Source of the DNA: Macrostomum hystrix | Taxonomy: Eukaryota; Animalia; Platyhelminthes | DNA length: 64,000 nt | NCBI GenBank assembly: GCA_950097015.1 | Contig: CATNEN010000039.1 | Coordinates: 10,974,001 to 11,038,000 of the forward strand | Reading direction: 5' to 3' | Shown here: piece by piece, positions 26,401 through 36,290 of the stretch | Numbering within the stretch: the first letter of the stretch is position 1 | Layout of the letters: each line of letters starts with the position of its first letter | The notes under the pieces: model-generated | Databases searched by the model: none | Told to the model about the DNA's origin: nothing | The model's input: the letters and a program-made list of their open reading frames with translations, nothing else | Program-made: the position numbers and the translations under genes

Positions 26401-27401
26401 CCAGGTGACGCGAAGACGTCGGTGAACTCCAATAGCAGCTCCTTGACAGACTGTTGCTCTTCAGCCGAGATGCTGGGTTCGATTTGGATGCTACTAAGCC
26501 ATTCAGCTGGTGGGCGCGCCACTACTGAAGCTGATGCTACGAATGTCATGGCTCTAGCAACCTCGCTGGCCGCAGTGGTCGCCACTGTCGCTGTTGAACC
26601 GACGACAGCCGCCGCTGTCGCCGATGAGCCAGCGGGGGCTAAGTGGATAAGCGGCTGACTTCCTAATGGCGAGAAGTTACCGATGGCGTCACCGTCCGTG
26701 ATGCTGATCATCTGGTCACTGATGTTGATTGCTGCCAACCCCATGCCACTGTCAGCAAGCTTTGCAATGCAGCGAGCCAGCAGAAGGCCTTGCCGCTTTG
26801 TCCCTGTGATAATGCCTGGGGCTGCTGACTGAGTCCAAGAGGTAGGCTGCGCTGGTTTGATGGGAATGATCCAGTGCTGTCCAGGCTGCAGTTGCACAGA
26901 GGCCGCTGACACCAGCCTGCAAGTCTGTGGTGCTTCCTTGCTTTGCCGAATAGGGACTGAAACATTCACGCGATTGAATGTGATGCAGCCAGCTTGTAGG
27001 TGAATGGAGATGTCATGCTCACTTAGTAGGTCGCAGCCTAGGATGACTGATGCTGGATACAGCTTCTCTAGCACAACAAAACGATGCTGAATTCTCACAG
27101 TTCCAATCTGCAGTATCGCAGTTGTCTCACCCAGCACAGGTTGTAAGTTTCCGTCCACGCCTTTGATGGTGATGTTGCTGGGCTGCAGCCGCCGCCTGGC
27201 CTTCTGACAGATGTTGGCACTGATGCAGGACACCTCTGCTCCGGTATCGATCAGGCAGTGGCGTCGTCGTCTGAAGATGCGCGCGGTCACGAAGCGTGCA
27301 TTACTAGGCTGGCAGCTGCTGGGGCGTGGAACGGAGGCCAAATGTCTTAGTGCTGAGAGGGCCAGTGCTGGCCTCGTGGACCAGCCCCCTCGGCGTTTGG
27401 G
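23415..27401 (-). CDS. pol: Gypsy Pol (aspartic protease, RT, RNase H, integrase), probably translated by -1 frameshift from gag
   Basis: Protease LIDTGAEVSCI; RT GYWQV…MPFGLRNAPATFQR…FIDD; RNase H LDTDASD; integrase HGIGH…CEAC, D-D-E (FDVV/HSDRG/VERF) and GPF motif. Confidence 0.96.
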   Translation of the reverse strand, partial: PKRRGGWSTRPALALSALRHLASVPRPSSCQPSNARFVTARIFRRRRHCLIDTGAEVSCISANICQKARRRLQPSNITIKGVDGNLQPVLGETTAILQIGTVRIQHRFVVLEKLYPASVILGCDLLSEHDISIHLQAGCITFNRVNVSVPIRQSKEAPQTCRLVSAASVQLQPGQHWIIPIKPAQPTSWTQSAAPGIITGTKRQGLLLARCIAKLADSGMGLAAINISDQMISITDGDAIGNFSPLGSQPLIHLAPAGSSATAAAVVGSTATVATTAASEVARAMTFVASASVVARPPAEWLSSIQIEPSISAEEQQSVKELLLEFTDVFASPGSTGQTAILRHRIDTGVAQPIRQGLRRAARPVIDKQAELVDDMLAKGVIRPSSSPWASPIVLVKKKDGTARFCLDYRLLNEVTKPDAFPIPRIDDTLDALEGNAYFSALDLESGYWQVEVDERDKEKTAFICHQGLFEFNVMPFGLRNAPATFQRLMQLVLQGLTWQACLVFIDDVIIMGRTIAEHNDRLRAVLERLREANLRLKPSKCRFANTSMIALGHRVSKAGIAVDESKTAAVRDWPTPRNSKEVKSFLGLTSYYRRFVRDYSKIAEPLRRLTLPTERFQWTPAAEAAFNELKVALTSAPILAFPDTSPTSSEYILDTDASDCAVGAVLSQVQAGVERVIAYSSRALSKAERNYCVTRRELLSVVEHVRKFRTYLLPRRFTVRVDHQSLTHLLTFKEPEGQLARWLQVLDEFDFKVVFRPGRQHNNADSLSRRQQRCTNQCRVCRPDPAITSKVTSAVACQTDDKVEPAVVVRVNVASAGQSGPTGARPAAVTEVTNVSALQSRRKQELRPLPNESEEESSEDEAPEDSEAPADCGAAQPLRTQQLHDPIIGPVFRLLSDGKSKFSEQQRDRVPPESLLLAQKGHELCFVNGIMHRLINSKPVPVVPCSLQRGIIDEIHGIGHLGEDKTLASLKMRYYWPKMADSVRLAVRSCEACQRAKTPVIKRAPLQSIAAGFPMQRVGFDVVKVGVSKNGNDRLLTIVDYFSKWVELVPIPDEKATTIAAALFNNWIARWGAPHILHSDRGRSIDGRIIRSLCKLLDISKTRTSGYHPQCDGLVERFHRTLHHMLRCHLQAVDPLDWEDVLPHCLLAYRSSINATTGFSPHFLMTGREVVLPLDVVYRVPEPPAIVGQYAAETVYRLQDAFDTVRRATGTAQRRQRRYYDLKAQKRKFRAGDTVWLFVPPAVLSRTNGLPPKHQAPWTGPFKVLCRTSPVNYLVRPVDYKDGEVKGRVVHVNKLKRAHQPRPADGQQDEAVSDVSTDALDADWVLV

Positions 27402-28540
27402 CAGTTGCGTCGGATGTGGCCTGGTCGACTACAGCCGAAACAGACTGGGCCTGCAGCTACTGGCTGATGCTGCTCACGCCTCTCAGATGAGATCGGCCGC
27501 TGGTTAATAGGTTGCTTAGGCTGCACCGAAGCTTTAGGTGGCACTGGCAAGCTTTTTGGCAGAAACTCACTGCTAAATACTCGTCCTGATCCAGTGCTGC
27601 TACTGGCAGTAGCCATGTATGCCTGCGTCTCGCGAAACTGTTGGGCAATTCGCAGTGCTTGCTCCGCAGTCCCTGGCGGTACTGGCTGGTTCAGCAGTCT
27701 CTCCGTGACATAGTTGTCGTTGAGCCCGTGCATGAACTGCTCGAGGACCATCTGCTGTACGTAGGCTTGAGCTCTCACGTCCGGGTAGGCCCTTGCCGCC
27801 AATCGCTGTAGCTCCGTCAGGTATGTCTCGAATCGCTCTTCGGGGCGACGCTGCCGGGCACGGAATTCGCGACGAATAAGTGCAGCACTTTTCGAGCCAC
27901 CGTGACGCGATCGGAGGTGCTCGACCAGGTTCTCATAAGAAAGTTCCGGAAGCTGGTCCGGTGTTGTGCTCGGTGGGAGGCCAAAATGGGCGCACTGCAT
28001 CGCCAGCCATGTGGTGTACGTTATGAAAGCAGGTCCAAGATAGGACGTCAGAGTACTGACCTTGTCTGAATCTAAAAGGCCGGGAAAACGGCCCATGTAG
28101 GCGCCAATTCGCAATAGGAAGTCATCAAAATCCTCTCGACCGTTGTACGCAGCTGGTTTTGGCACCGGCGGCAGGACACAACGCTGTGGCTGAACCTGAT
28201 ATTCTGACAACTGTTGGCAATGTTGCTGATGAGGCGACTGGAAAAACGGGTGATTCAATGCTGGAGGATGCTGGTCAAACTGCGGCAGGAATGGGTTTGT
28301 CGATATTAATGAAACCGGAGCATGCCGCATCTCTGTCTCTCGTACATTCTCGGATGACAGAAACGGGTTTGTCGCCTGGCCGGTAGAGTGATAGTGTGAC
28401 CGCGCACTCATGGATTCAGATGGTTCATAGAATGACGCTGCGGCTGCCGTGGCGTGAATAGCATGCCCGTTTTGATGTCTCACAAGTCGACCTCGGAGTT
28501 CCAAAAAATCGTCGTCATCCAGGTTCTGGTCGTTCCACAT
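27347..28540 (-). CDS. gag: Gypsy Gag (capsid + CCHC zinc knuckle)
   Basis: PKPAAYNGREDFDDF and QRRPEERFETYLTELQRLA are capsid-type motifs; CFGCSRPGHIRRNC is the knuckle. Confidence 0.93.
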   Translation of the reverse strand: MWNDQNLDDDDFLELRGRLVRHQNGHAIHATAAAASFYEPSESMSARSHYHSTGQATNPFLSSENVRETEMRHAPVSLISTNPFLPQFDQHPPALNHPFFQSPHQQHCQQLSEYQVQPQRCVLPPVPKPAAYNGREDFDDFLLRIGAYMGRFPGLLDSDKVSTLTSYLGPAFITYTTWLAMQCAHFGLPPSTTPDQLPELSYENLVEHLRSRHGGSKSAALIRREFRARQRRPEERFETYLTELQRLAARAYPDVRAQAYVQQMVLEQFMHGLNDNYVTERLLNQPVPPGTAEQALRIAQQFRETQAYMATASSSTGSGRVFSSEFLPKSLPVPPKASVQPKQPINQRPISSERREQHQPVAAGPVCFGCSRPGHIRRNCPNAEGAGPRGQHWPSQH

Positions 28541-28548
28541 AATAGTAG

Positions 28549-28566
28549 AGCTGGCGTGGTCGCCAA
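28549..28566 (-). promoter_or_regulatory. Primer binding site, tRNA-Arg-like (TGGCGACCACGCCAG)
   Basis: It lies 2 nt inside the 5' LTR boundary on the minus strand. TGGCGACC is complementary to the …GGUCGCCA 3' end of tRNA-Arg, as in 412/mdg1 elements. Confidence 0.8.
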
Positions 28567-28567
28567 A

Positions 28568-28882
28568 TGTAGTATAACTGGGTTTGAAGGCCGCGAATTT
28601 AAACAGTTTTACTACAGCAATTTAACGTCTTCAGCTTACACGCCGCGCCGCGCCTTACACTTGTAGTTACTCTCGATTGCAGCGCGCTTTTCAAACTGGT
28701 GCGATTATATTTTAATTAGACAACGATTAAAATAATTTATAATTAATACTTGCATTATTTTCAAGGGTCATAAAAGTAGAAATTAATAACATAATAATGC
28801 TATTTGCAATCGCTATAGTTACTGTATAGCAACAATTAAATATTTAGCGCAATTTTAAAAGAACATTTCCAGCCGCACTACA
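28568..28882 (-). repeat. 5' LTR
   Basis: 315 bp, TGTAGT…ACTACA, matches 22046-22360. Confidence 0.97.
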
Positions 28883-28990
28883 ACGCGCACAGCACGCGCA
28901 GTTATAGTAATGTATTGGTTTCCCGATGGATATTCAGATTGATATTCGATGAATCAAAATTCTATAAAATTAAACAAACTCGGAGTGTCG

Positions 28991-29361
28991 ACACTTTATA
29001 TTCTCCATACAGCAACCGAGATATGATACCGTGTCAAATTTCTACCAAATTGGACTGGTAGTTTCGGAGATTATCACCTGTACGTGGTGCTCGCCATCTC
29101 TGTAATGTATTTCAATAGGCTCCATTGATATTCGCAGGAGAGACACTTTGGCTTAATCCGCACTGCTCACACTTTATATTCTCCATACAGCAACCGAGAT
29201 ATGAGACCGTGTCAAATTTCTACCAAATTGGACTGGTAGTTTCGGAGATAATCACCTGTACGTGGTGCTCGCCATCTCTGTAATGTATTTCAATAGGCTC
29301 CATTGATATTCGCAGGAGAGACACTTTGGCTTAATCCACACTGCTCACACTTTATATTCTC
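28991..29361. repeat. 178-bp tandem duplication (2 copies + partial), possibly Helentron/HINE-derived
   Basis: Units begin at 28991, 29169 and 29347. The core tgtcaaatttctaccaaattggactggtagtttcggaga resembles HINE/Helentron tandem cores; the family assignment is tentative. Confidence 0.8.
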
Positions 29362-30946
29362 TACTATAATTTATAGAATTATGCTGCGTTGTATCCTTGT
29401 TCGCCTTTAAAACTTTACTTTCTGGGCCCCTACTACTATACTAAACGTCGTCTGTCTTGTTGCATATTCTAATAATACTTTCATTTACTTTATATCTTAC
29501 TCATATTTGAAAATAATGTAATGCTTTCTTACTAACTCAGAGTTCTTAAACTACTACCTAAAATTGACGACTTGAGCTATAATGTAACCCTTTCCCCTCT
29601 CCCATTCTTTGTTACAGTAAACCATCTGTAAATTTTTAAAGTGTTAATTACAATGATAAACAAAATATTATTTTTTAAGGTCAAATGACTTGCAGCCTAC
29701 CTGGTTTGCTAGCTATTGGCTCTAACTCTAAAGAATACTGAAGGCATTGGTACTTAGTAGTAGTAGTAGGCCTATTATTAATATATATTGTGCATAAAAT
29801 GCTCTGACTCATGGTTTTAGTTAGCACTTGTAATGGCATTGGCATACTACATTTTAATTTCATTGCTGGTGATGAAAATGGTGATAACAAGTGTGCATTT
29901 ATGGTTACCTGACCATTTTGTTACTAGGCCTAATTAAAAAAAATTATGCAGAATTTGGCAGTACAGTAAATTTAATTGAGTTAAGGTTGCATACCCCAGA
30001 AGGCACAAGAAAAAAGATATAATTATCTAGGCCTATAAATAATTATTTTTATTTCTAAGACAACTAAACTCTAATGTGTTATTGGTCCATTATATTGTCA
30101 TGAGCCATCTTCTGGGTCTATCATATATTTTCTTCTTGTACTCAAAACTAAATTATATAGTTAAAGCATTTGCTGTACAGCCAATGGCCAGATCAGGGGC
30201 ATAATGTTATGGTATGAATACATATAGATAGTTTGTGCTTTAACTTAAAAAACCTTGAGCAAATGGCCCACACAACTATGAATTAGCTAAACATTTAGAT
30301 TTTAATTTATAAATATTTTTGAACTGCTGAGTTTGCTCAGTCACTAGGCCTATAGCTGTCACAGTAGAGAAGATGATCTTGGATAGCCAACATTTTTATC
30401 CAATGCTCTCTTACACTGGTGTATATGTGTCTTTGGTTTTTCCTGTATAGGATTTACAGGAAATGTTCACGATCAATGTATCTGGATCATTTTATGCATG
30501 CCAAAAAAGTATTGTGTGTATTAGCCTTTAGGCTAGACTTTACATACATAGCATATAATCAGGTACATTTTAAATGACCCATAGGCATGCATCTTGGCAT
30601 GTATGGCATCATTCAAAAAGATATAAAATCTGTAACTATAGCTGAATTGTTGAATCTTATTAGCCATGCAGTAGAAGTAGGACCATGGTTTTTTTCGAGG
30701 AATTTTCATGTGTTTATAAAATTGATCAATTTATGCTTTAAGCTTTTTATGGTGATTGCTAAAATTAATAATTGTTTTTCATATTTAATTAAAAAACTTT
30801 TATCTATCCTTTTTATTTCAGCAATTAGGAATATCAGAACATACACTTTATATTTGCTTCATAATGGTAAGCAGATTTCTCTATTGATACTTTTGCCTTG
30901 TTGACATCAATTAATTCCATGAAATTTCAAACATTTTTTATTTTAG

Positions 30947-33900
30947 GAATGCAATAAAACTGATATCAATAGTGCTGGTAATGACCAGGATCTAATCAAA
31001 GACCTTATAAATTCAATTGTTAGTCAGGTTTGTTGCCTGGAAAATAATAAAGTGTCAGAGCCTCAGGCTGGGAAGATTCAAGAACTGATGGGCGAGAATA
31101 ATATTCAAGCAGCACCTGAGATGGAAGAGGTACTCTTAATTGCTTTTCTTATTTCAAATAACAAAATGATAGCTACCTATGTAATGTCGATATTAAACAA
31201 GTATTTGACAAAATAGTTTTCTTGCGAATTATATTACCTCTGAATGTCTTTGTAGACTCAACTAGAGCCACAAATGTGCATGAAGTGCCAAAAGGAAGCC
31301 TGCCTCATATGCCACAGCTGCAGCTCTGGTTAGTACTTAGTACACCAGTGCTTATTTTTTTTAGTTTTACTTCTCTACTTTTACTTATTAGGATGTAGCC
31401 TTTTAGTTTTTTAATCTGCTCAAATGTTCTCATTGCAGCTGATATATCAGTCATCCTGTGCTTGAAGTGCTATATCGGCTATCATGATTTTGAAGCACTC
31501 AAGCACAAAGCTAGCGTATTTTCACCTGATGTAAGTTCGTCTAGGCCGAGTTGTAAGTTTAAATCCTTTCCTAGAGTGGCCTTTCTCCACATCCTGCTTT
31601 CAGGCGCTGGTAAGATTTGTCGGCGACGAGATGGAAAGCACCGTTCTTCCCGGCTCCGAGCGAGACTTTGACGCCCTGATCGAGTCGAAAGTCTTCAAAA
31701 ATAGGTGCGAAATGGCGGGTAATTTTTATGCGCTCAGACGGAGATTATATTTCAACTATCAAATTTTCAATATCTAATCTAGACTTCCTAATACTTCGTT
31801 TTTAGCTTAAGTTGTTTTTCTTTTTTTATACAAAAGAAATTCGTTTAGTTATTCGTAGTTACGTATTCTGCACTACCGACACCATTTGTTATTTTGTACA
31901 CTAACCATGCAGTTCGTTACTTTTTATGAACTAACCATGTAGTTCTTTACTTTTTTATACACGAACCATGCATTTCGTTACTTTAGTCCGTACACTTTTC
32001 TGCATAACCGTAGCAATTGGAATAAATACGAGCCGTATTTACATATTTATAATTCGTTACTTTTCAGCTCGTTACACATGCCATCCGTGCTAAACGGTCC
32101 CCTTTTTGCTCATTAAATCACTAAGGCCACCTCTCCACCCACTCCCCAGTTACCTGGCTCTGGTTTCAGACTTTAAAACTGTGGCAGCCAAGTTCCAGTC
32201 ACGCGCCCAGTCGCTTATCGACTCATTGGATAAAGTGACTAAATCGCATTGCAACGAGCTGCGCGCCGTCTGGCGGGAGCAGGAGAGCCGGCTGGTGTCC
32301 AAGCGTAGCCTCCACCGATTAGCCGCGTCCAAGGTGAATAGCTATCGAGAGCGCCTCGCCAGCATCATCTCCGGTGTTCAAGATGAAAACGGCGACGCCA
32401 ATGATAATTTTAGCGACATTTTGGACCTCTTGGCACAGGCTTATAGAGTGAGTCTGAGGGTCTGTGGGACTCTAGATAGCGGAACATCTCATGCTGTGTG
32501 ATCGATAATCATAATCGATATCATCATTATAAATACAAAAATTGTTCCGTTTGTGATATTTGGAAATCGAAATCCCGACCTTCCATGCGCGAGTCCGACG
32601 CTAAAAAAACACGTCCATCTCGCCTCAATTCTAGTCGAAGCCGAAGCTGGACAGGGCCGGGCCGAACGAGCTGCCCATTCTGAGCGCCCAGGAGCCGCTG
32701 CTGCTGCTGCAGCAGGCCGCGCCCAGCAACCTGGCTGAGCTGCTCGCCCAGCTGTCCAGCGCCTGCGACGCTGTGGAACTGGCGTTCAGCACTCCCTGCC
32801 TGCTCCATCCAGTCAGCTCCGTCAGCCTGATGTCTCGCGGCTCCGCACTGCTTGCAGATCTGCCAGTCGACTCGCTGGCGCCTGGCTCTGTACGCACCTA
32901 CCGCCTGCTGAATTCCCGGCTGAGCGGCTACGGCCTGTTCACCGCTGCGTTGGATTGCCAGCAGCGATCCACCCTGCTGCGTCACATGGCCACAGATGTC
33001 TCACTGCGGCTAGCCTCAGGCGAGTTTAGCCCGCCGCAGCCGGCCTTGACGCCGAGTGTCGGCGCGCCGGTTCTGGCCCGACATCTGGGCTTCTGGCGCC
33101 GCGGCCGTTTGGCCTATCAGAACGACTCGGGCTATCCTTCTGCTAGGCGGGACAACAGCGTCACCTACTGGGGCGTCCAATTCATCGACATGGCCTTTAT
33201 TGAACGCGTGGCTTCCAGCGATATCATTGTACTTGACAGGTGGGTGGATTACCACGAAGCCATTTTGCCGCCCGTTTTTATACCAGGGGGGTATTTTCCC
33301 CTTGAAATTTTTTTGGCTGTGCCCAATTTCTAACAGCGTTTGGTGGTGACTGATTGGTGGACAGACTAGGCAAGGGTGTACTTTGGTTGAGCTGGGCCTA
33401 ATATTAACGGCTTAGTGAAAGTAGAGAAATTCGCGTCAGGGTGTGGCCAAGTTCCACCAGTTGTAACCATTAAAAGTCCAGCAGTCCGTCTAGATAAAGG
33501 TAGGTGACCACCAAAGACGGAGATGATGCAGGCTTATTCGGGTGACATGCTGATACAAGATGATATCACTGTCCCAGATCCTCAGATTGAAGATGTCACT
33601 GTCCCAGATCCTCAGATTGATGGTGCTACTGTCCCAGATCCTCAGATTGAAGATGTCACTGTCCCAGATCCTCAGATTGGTGGTGCTACTGTCCCAGATC
33701 CTCAGATTGATGGTGCTACTGTCCCAGATCCTCAGATTGATGGTGCTACTGTCCCAGATCCTCAGGTTGATAGTGCTACTGTCCCAGATCCTCAGATTGA
33801 TGGTGCTACTGTCCCAGATCCTCAGATTGGTGGTGCTACTGTCCCAGATCCTCAGATTGATAGTGCTACTGTCCCAGATCCTCAGATTGATGGTGCTACT

Positions 33901-35919
33901 GTCCCAGATCCTCAGATTGATGGTGCTACTGTCCCAGATCCTCAGATTGATGGTGCTACTGTCCCAGATCCTCAGATTGATGGTGCTACTGTCCCAGATC
34001 CTCAGATTGATGGTGCTACTGTCCCAGATACTCAGATTAAAGATGAGATTGACTGCTGTAAATCTGCAGCTCGCCGGACGCCTACGGCCGATTTTCTGAC
34101 ATACCGCCGCTAGCGATTTTTGCCACATTGGCCGAGGAACCTATCGAGAAGAGCCTGTTCGATGATCCGGCTTGGCTAGAGCGCTACCTTGAATCTCGCG
34201 CCCCGGCAGACGGCCAAATCTCCGCTCACAATGCCGGAGCGTCAATTTCGAATTCTGACGAAATCGACGATGTGGCGAGAGGCCGGGCTGTTAGAATTCG
34301 AATACTGCGCCAGGCTGAGTCTCGCAACAAGTTGGTGCATGTTGTACACCTGTGGCCCTGCGGCATTGACGAGACCGATTCTAGCCAGGTGAGTGCTTCC
34401 GTTGCTTTATTACTAAATGCGATTTATATTTACTGCAGGTAGTTTCACATGACTACTAACACTCTTGTATAAGTAGTATGGCAAACTATAATAATCAATC
34501 GCTTACATTTTTACAGACTAATGCTTGCGCGGTGGAATTCTCTAGCGAGCTGGAGAACCAAAAAGTCAGGCAGTCAGTGGCTACTCGAGCCAGAACGCGT
34601 GACATCCGCCTTGGAGTTGATCCTAACATCAGCTGCGCCAGTTTTCTTTTTAACGGAGCTGATGGTTAGTTAAATACTGGACTACTTTGAACTGGATATT
34701 GTGTTGTGGACGATGACCAATCATCATATTAGGTTGTGGACAATAGCAGATAGAAGCATTGATTGTTTTTTTCGTTTTAGAGGGCAAATTACCGCAGGAA
34801 GACTTTAGAAGTCGACTGCTGGAGAAGCGGCAGCAGCAGTATGAGCAGCAGCACGAGCAGCAACATGAGCAGCAGCAGGAGCAGCAACATGAGCAGCAGC
34901 AGGAGCAGCAACATGAGCAGCAACATGAGCAGCAGCAAGAGCAGCAACATGAGCAGCAGCAGGAGCAGCAACATGAGCAGCAGCAGGAGCAGCAACATGA
35001 GCAGCAACATGAGCAGCAGCGGGAGCTGGAGCAGCAGCAGCACCACCACCAGGTGCCGCTGCAGCAGAGAGAGACAAACGGAATTTCACGTTATATTATC
35101 GAGCGTCATATTCCTGCCTCGCGCCAGCACCATCCTACGAGTACTGACAGGTGATTTCTTTCCTTTTGTAGGTCTCATAAGTTGGTTTGTCACAGAACGA
35201 GGGTAGTTCGCTGACAGACTCTCAGTAGGTCATTGGCAGACTCTCAGTAGGTCACTGGCAGACTCTCAGCAGGTCACTGACAGACTCTCAGTAGGTCTAC
35301 AATGGTCTACAAGGTCTCAGTAGGTTTACAAAGGTCTACAGGCCTACTGACCTACAATGATCAGTAGGTCATTGGCAGACTCTCAGTAGGTCACTGGCAG
35401 ACTCTCAGCAGGTCACTGACAGACTCTCAGCAGGTCACTGACAGACTCTCAGCAGGTCACTGACAGACTCTCAGCAGGTCACTGACAGACTGGGAGTGTA
35501 GTGAGAATAAAAATACACTGTAAAACTATTAAAATCACAGTTGTACTAACGACATCTACGTAGAATTATAATTATTTTGTTCACATATCTCCCCTTCGTC
35601 TCACCTTTTAGGCATTGTTTCCAATGTGGAGATCCGGGTCACATAAGAAGTCACTGTCCGCTTCGGTTAGTGTTCTTATTATTTTACGGCTGTATTCGCG
35701 CAAAAACGTTAAATTTAGCACACTAATTATATACTTTAACGAACAAAACGTTAACGCAGCGATCGCATCCTGGGCCCGAGACACTGTCCTGTAAGGCCGG
35801 ACGAAAACGATGATGACAGTGCTGCCAGATCAAAACGGTCGGGACGCAAAGGCGGCGGTGGTAATGGTGGCGGCGGCGCTAAGGGACCTAGATACGGAAG
35901 TCACGTACGCCGCAAATAG
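30947..35919 (+). CDS. Multi-exon B-box/coiled-coil/extended-Tudor/Q-rich/CCHC protein, 5' end not found (exons 30947-31129, 31256-31328, 31439-31530, 31604-31704, 32126-32447, 32635-33239, 34114-34388, 34517-34664, 34781-35150, 35612-35665, 35760-35919)
   Basis: Phase-consistent GT-AG junctions join CMKC…CHSC…CLKC…H…H (B-box), a heptad-rich exon, PSVGAPVLARHLGFWRRGRL…VQFIDMAFIERV (Tudor), a QQQHE repeat, CFQCGDPGHIRSHC and a G/R/K tail. The model needs one T removed from the run at 34117-34121. Confidence 0.75.
33565..34040. repeat. 30-bp minisatellite, ~16 copies (gtcccagatcctcagattgatggtgctact), intronic in the Tudor gene model
   Basis: Direct tandem repeat lying between the donor at 33240 and the acceptor at 34113. 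Confidence 0.95.
35205..35492. repeat. ~22-bp intronic minisatellite (cagactctcagcaggtcactga)
   Basis: Direct tandem repeat with an interrupted middle. Confidence 0.9.
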
Positions 35920-35967
35920 CCTAACATTTTACCCTTCAAAGTGAGAGAATGACAACAGTCCTTGAAC

Positions 35968-36290
35968 TGAAATCTTCAGGTCTCTTTCCCTGTTGTGTTA
36001 GTGAAATCTTCAGGTCTCTTTCCCTGTTGTGTTAGTGAAATCTTCAGGTCTCTTTCCCTGTTGTGTTAGTGAAATCTTCAGGTCTCTTTCCCTGTTGTGT
36101 TAGTGAAATCTTCAGGTCTCTTTCCCTGTCCTCAGAGTGTGATCTTCAGGTCTCTTTCCCTGTCCTCAGATTGTGATCTTCAGGTCTCTTTCCCTGTCCT
36201 CAGAGTGTGATCTTCAGGTCTCTTTCCCTGTCCTCAGAGTGTGATCTTCAGGTCTCTTTCCCTGTCCTGAGAGTGTGATCTTCAGGTGCC
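35968..36290. repeat. ~33-35-bp minisatellite (atcttcaggtctctttccctgt…) just downstream of the Tudor gene stop
   Basis: Two unit variants, ending tgtgttagtgaa or cctcagagtgtg, occur in consecutive blocks. Confidence 0.92.

Larger units (their letters stand above)
22046..28882 (-). mobile_element. Full-length Ty3/Gypsy LTR retrotransposon (412/mdg1-like), apparently intact
   Basis: Two 315-bp LTRs (TGTAGT…ACTACA), TSD ACGC at 22042-22045 and 28883-28886, PBS, PPT, and gag plus PR-RT-RH-IN pol in Gypsy order. Confidence 0.97.

Noticed and set aside
23244-28666. Numerous plus-strand and alternate-frame ORFs within the Gypsy element
   Set aside because: They are shadow ORFs of GC-rich gag/pol with no independent evidence.
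33490-34128. (VPDPQIDGAT)n / (NLRIWDSSTI)n ORFs as a repeat or WD40-like protein
   Set aside because: The 30-bp repeat is open in several frames by chance. The plus ORF is closed by stops on both sides and lies within the inferred Tudor intron.
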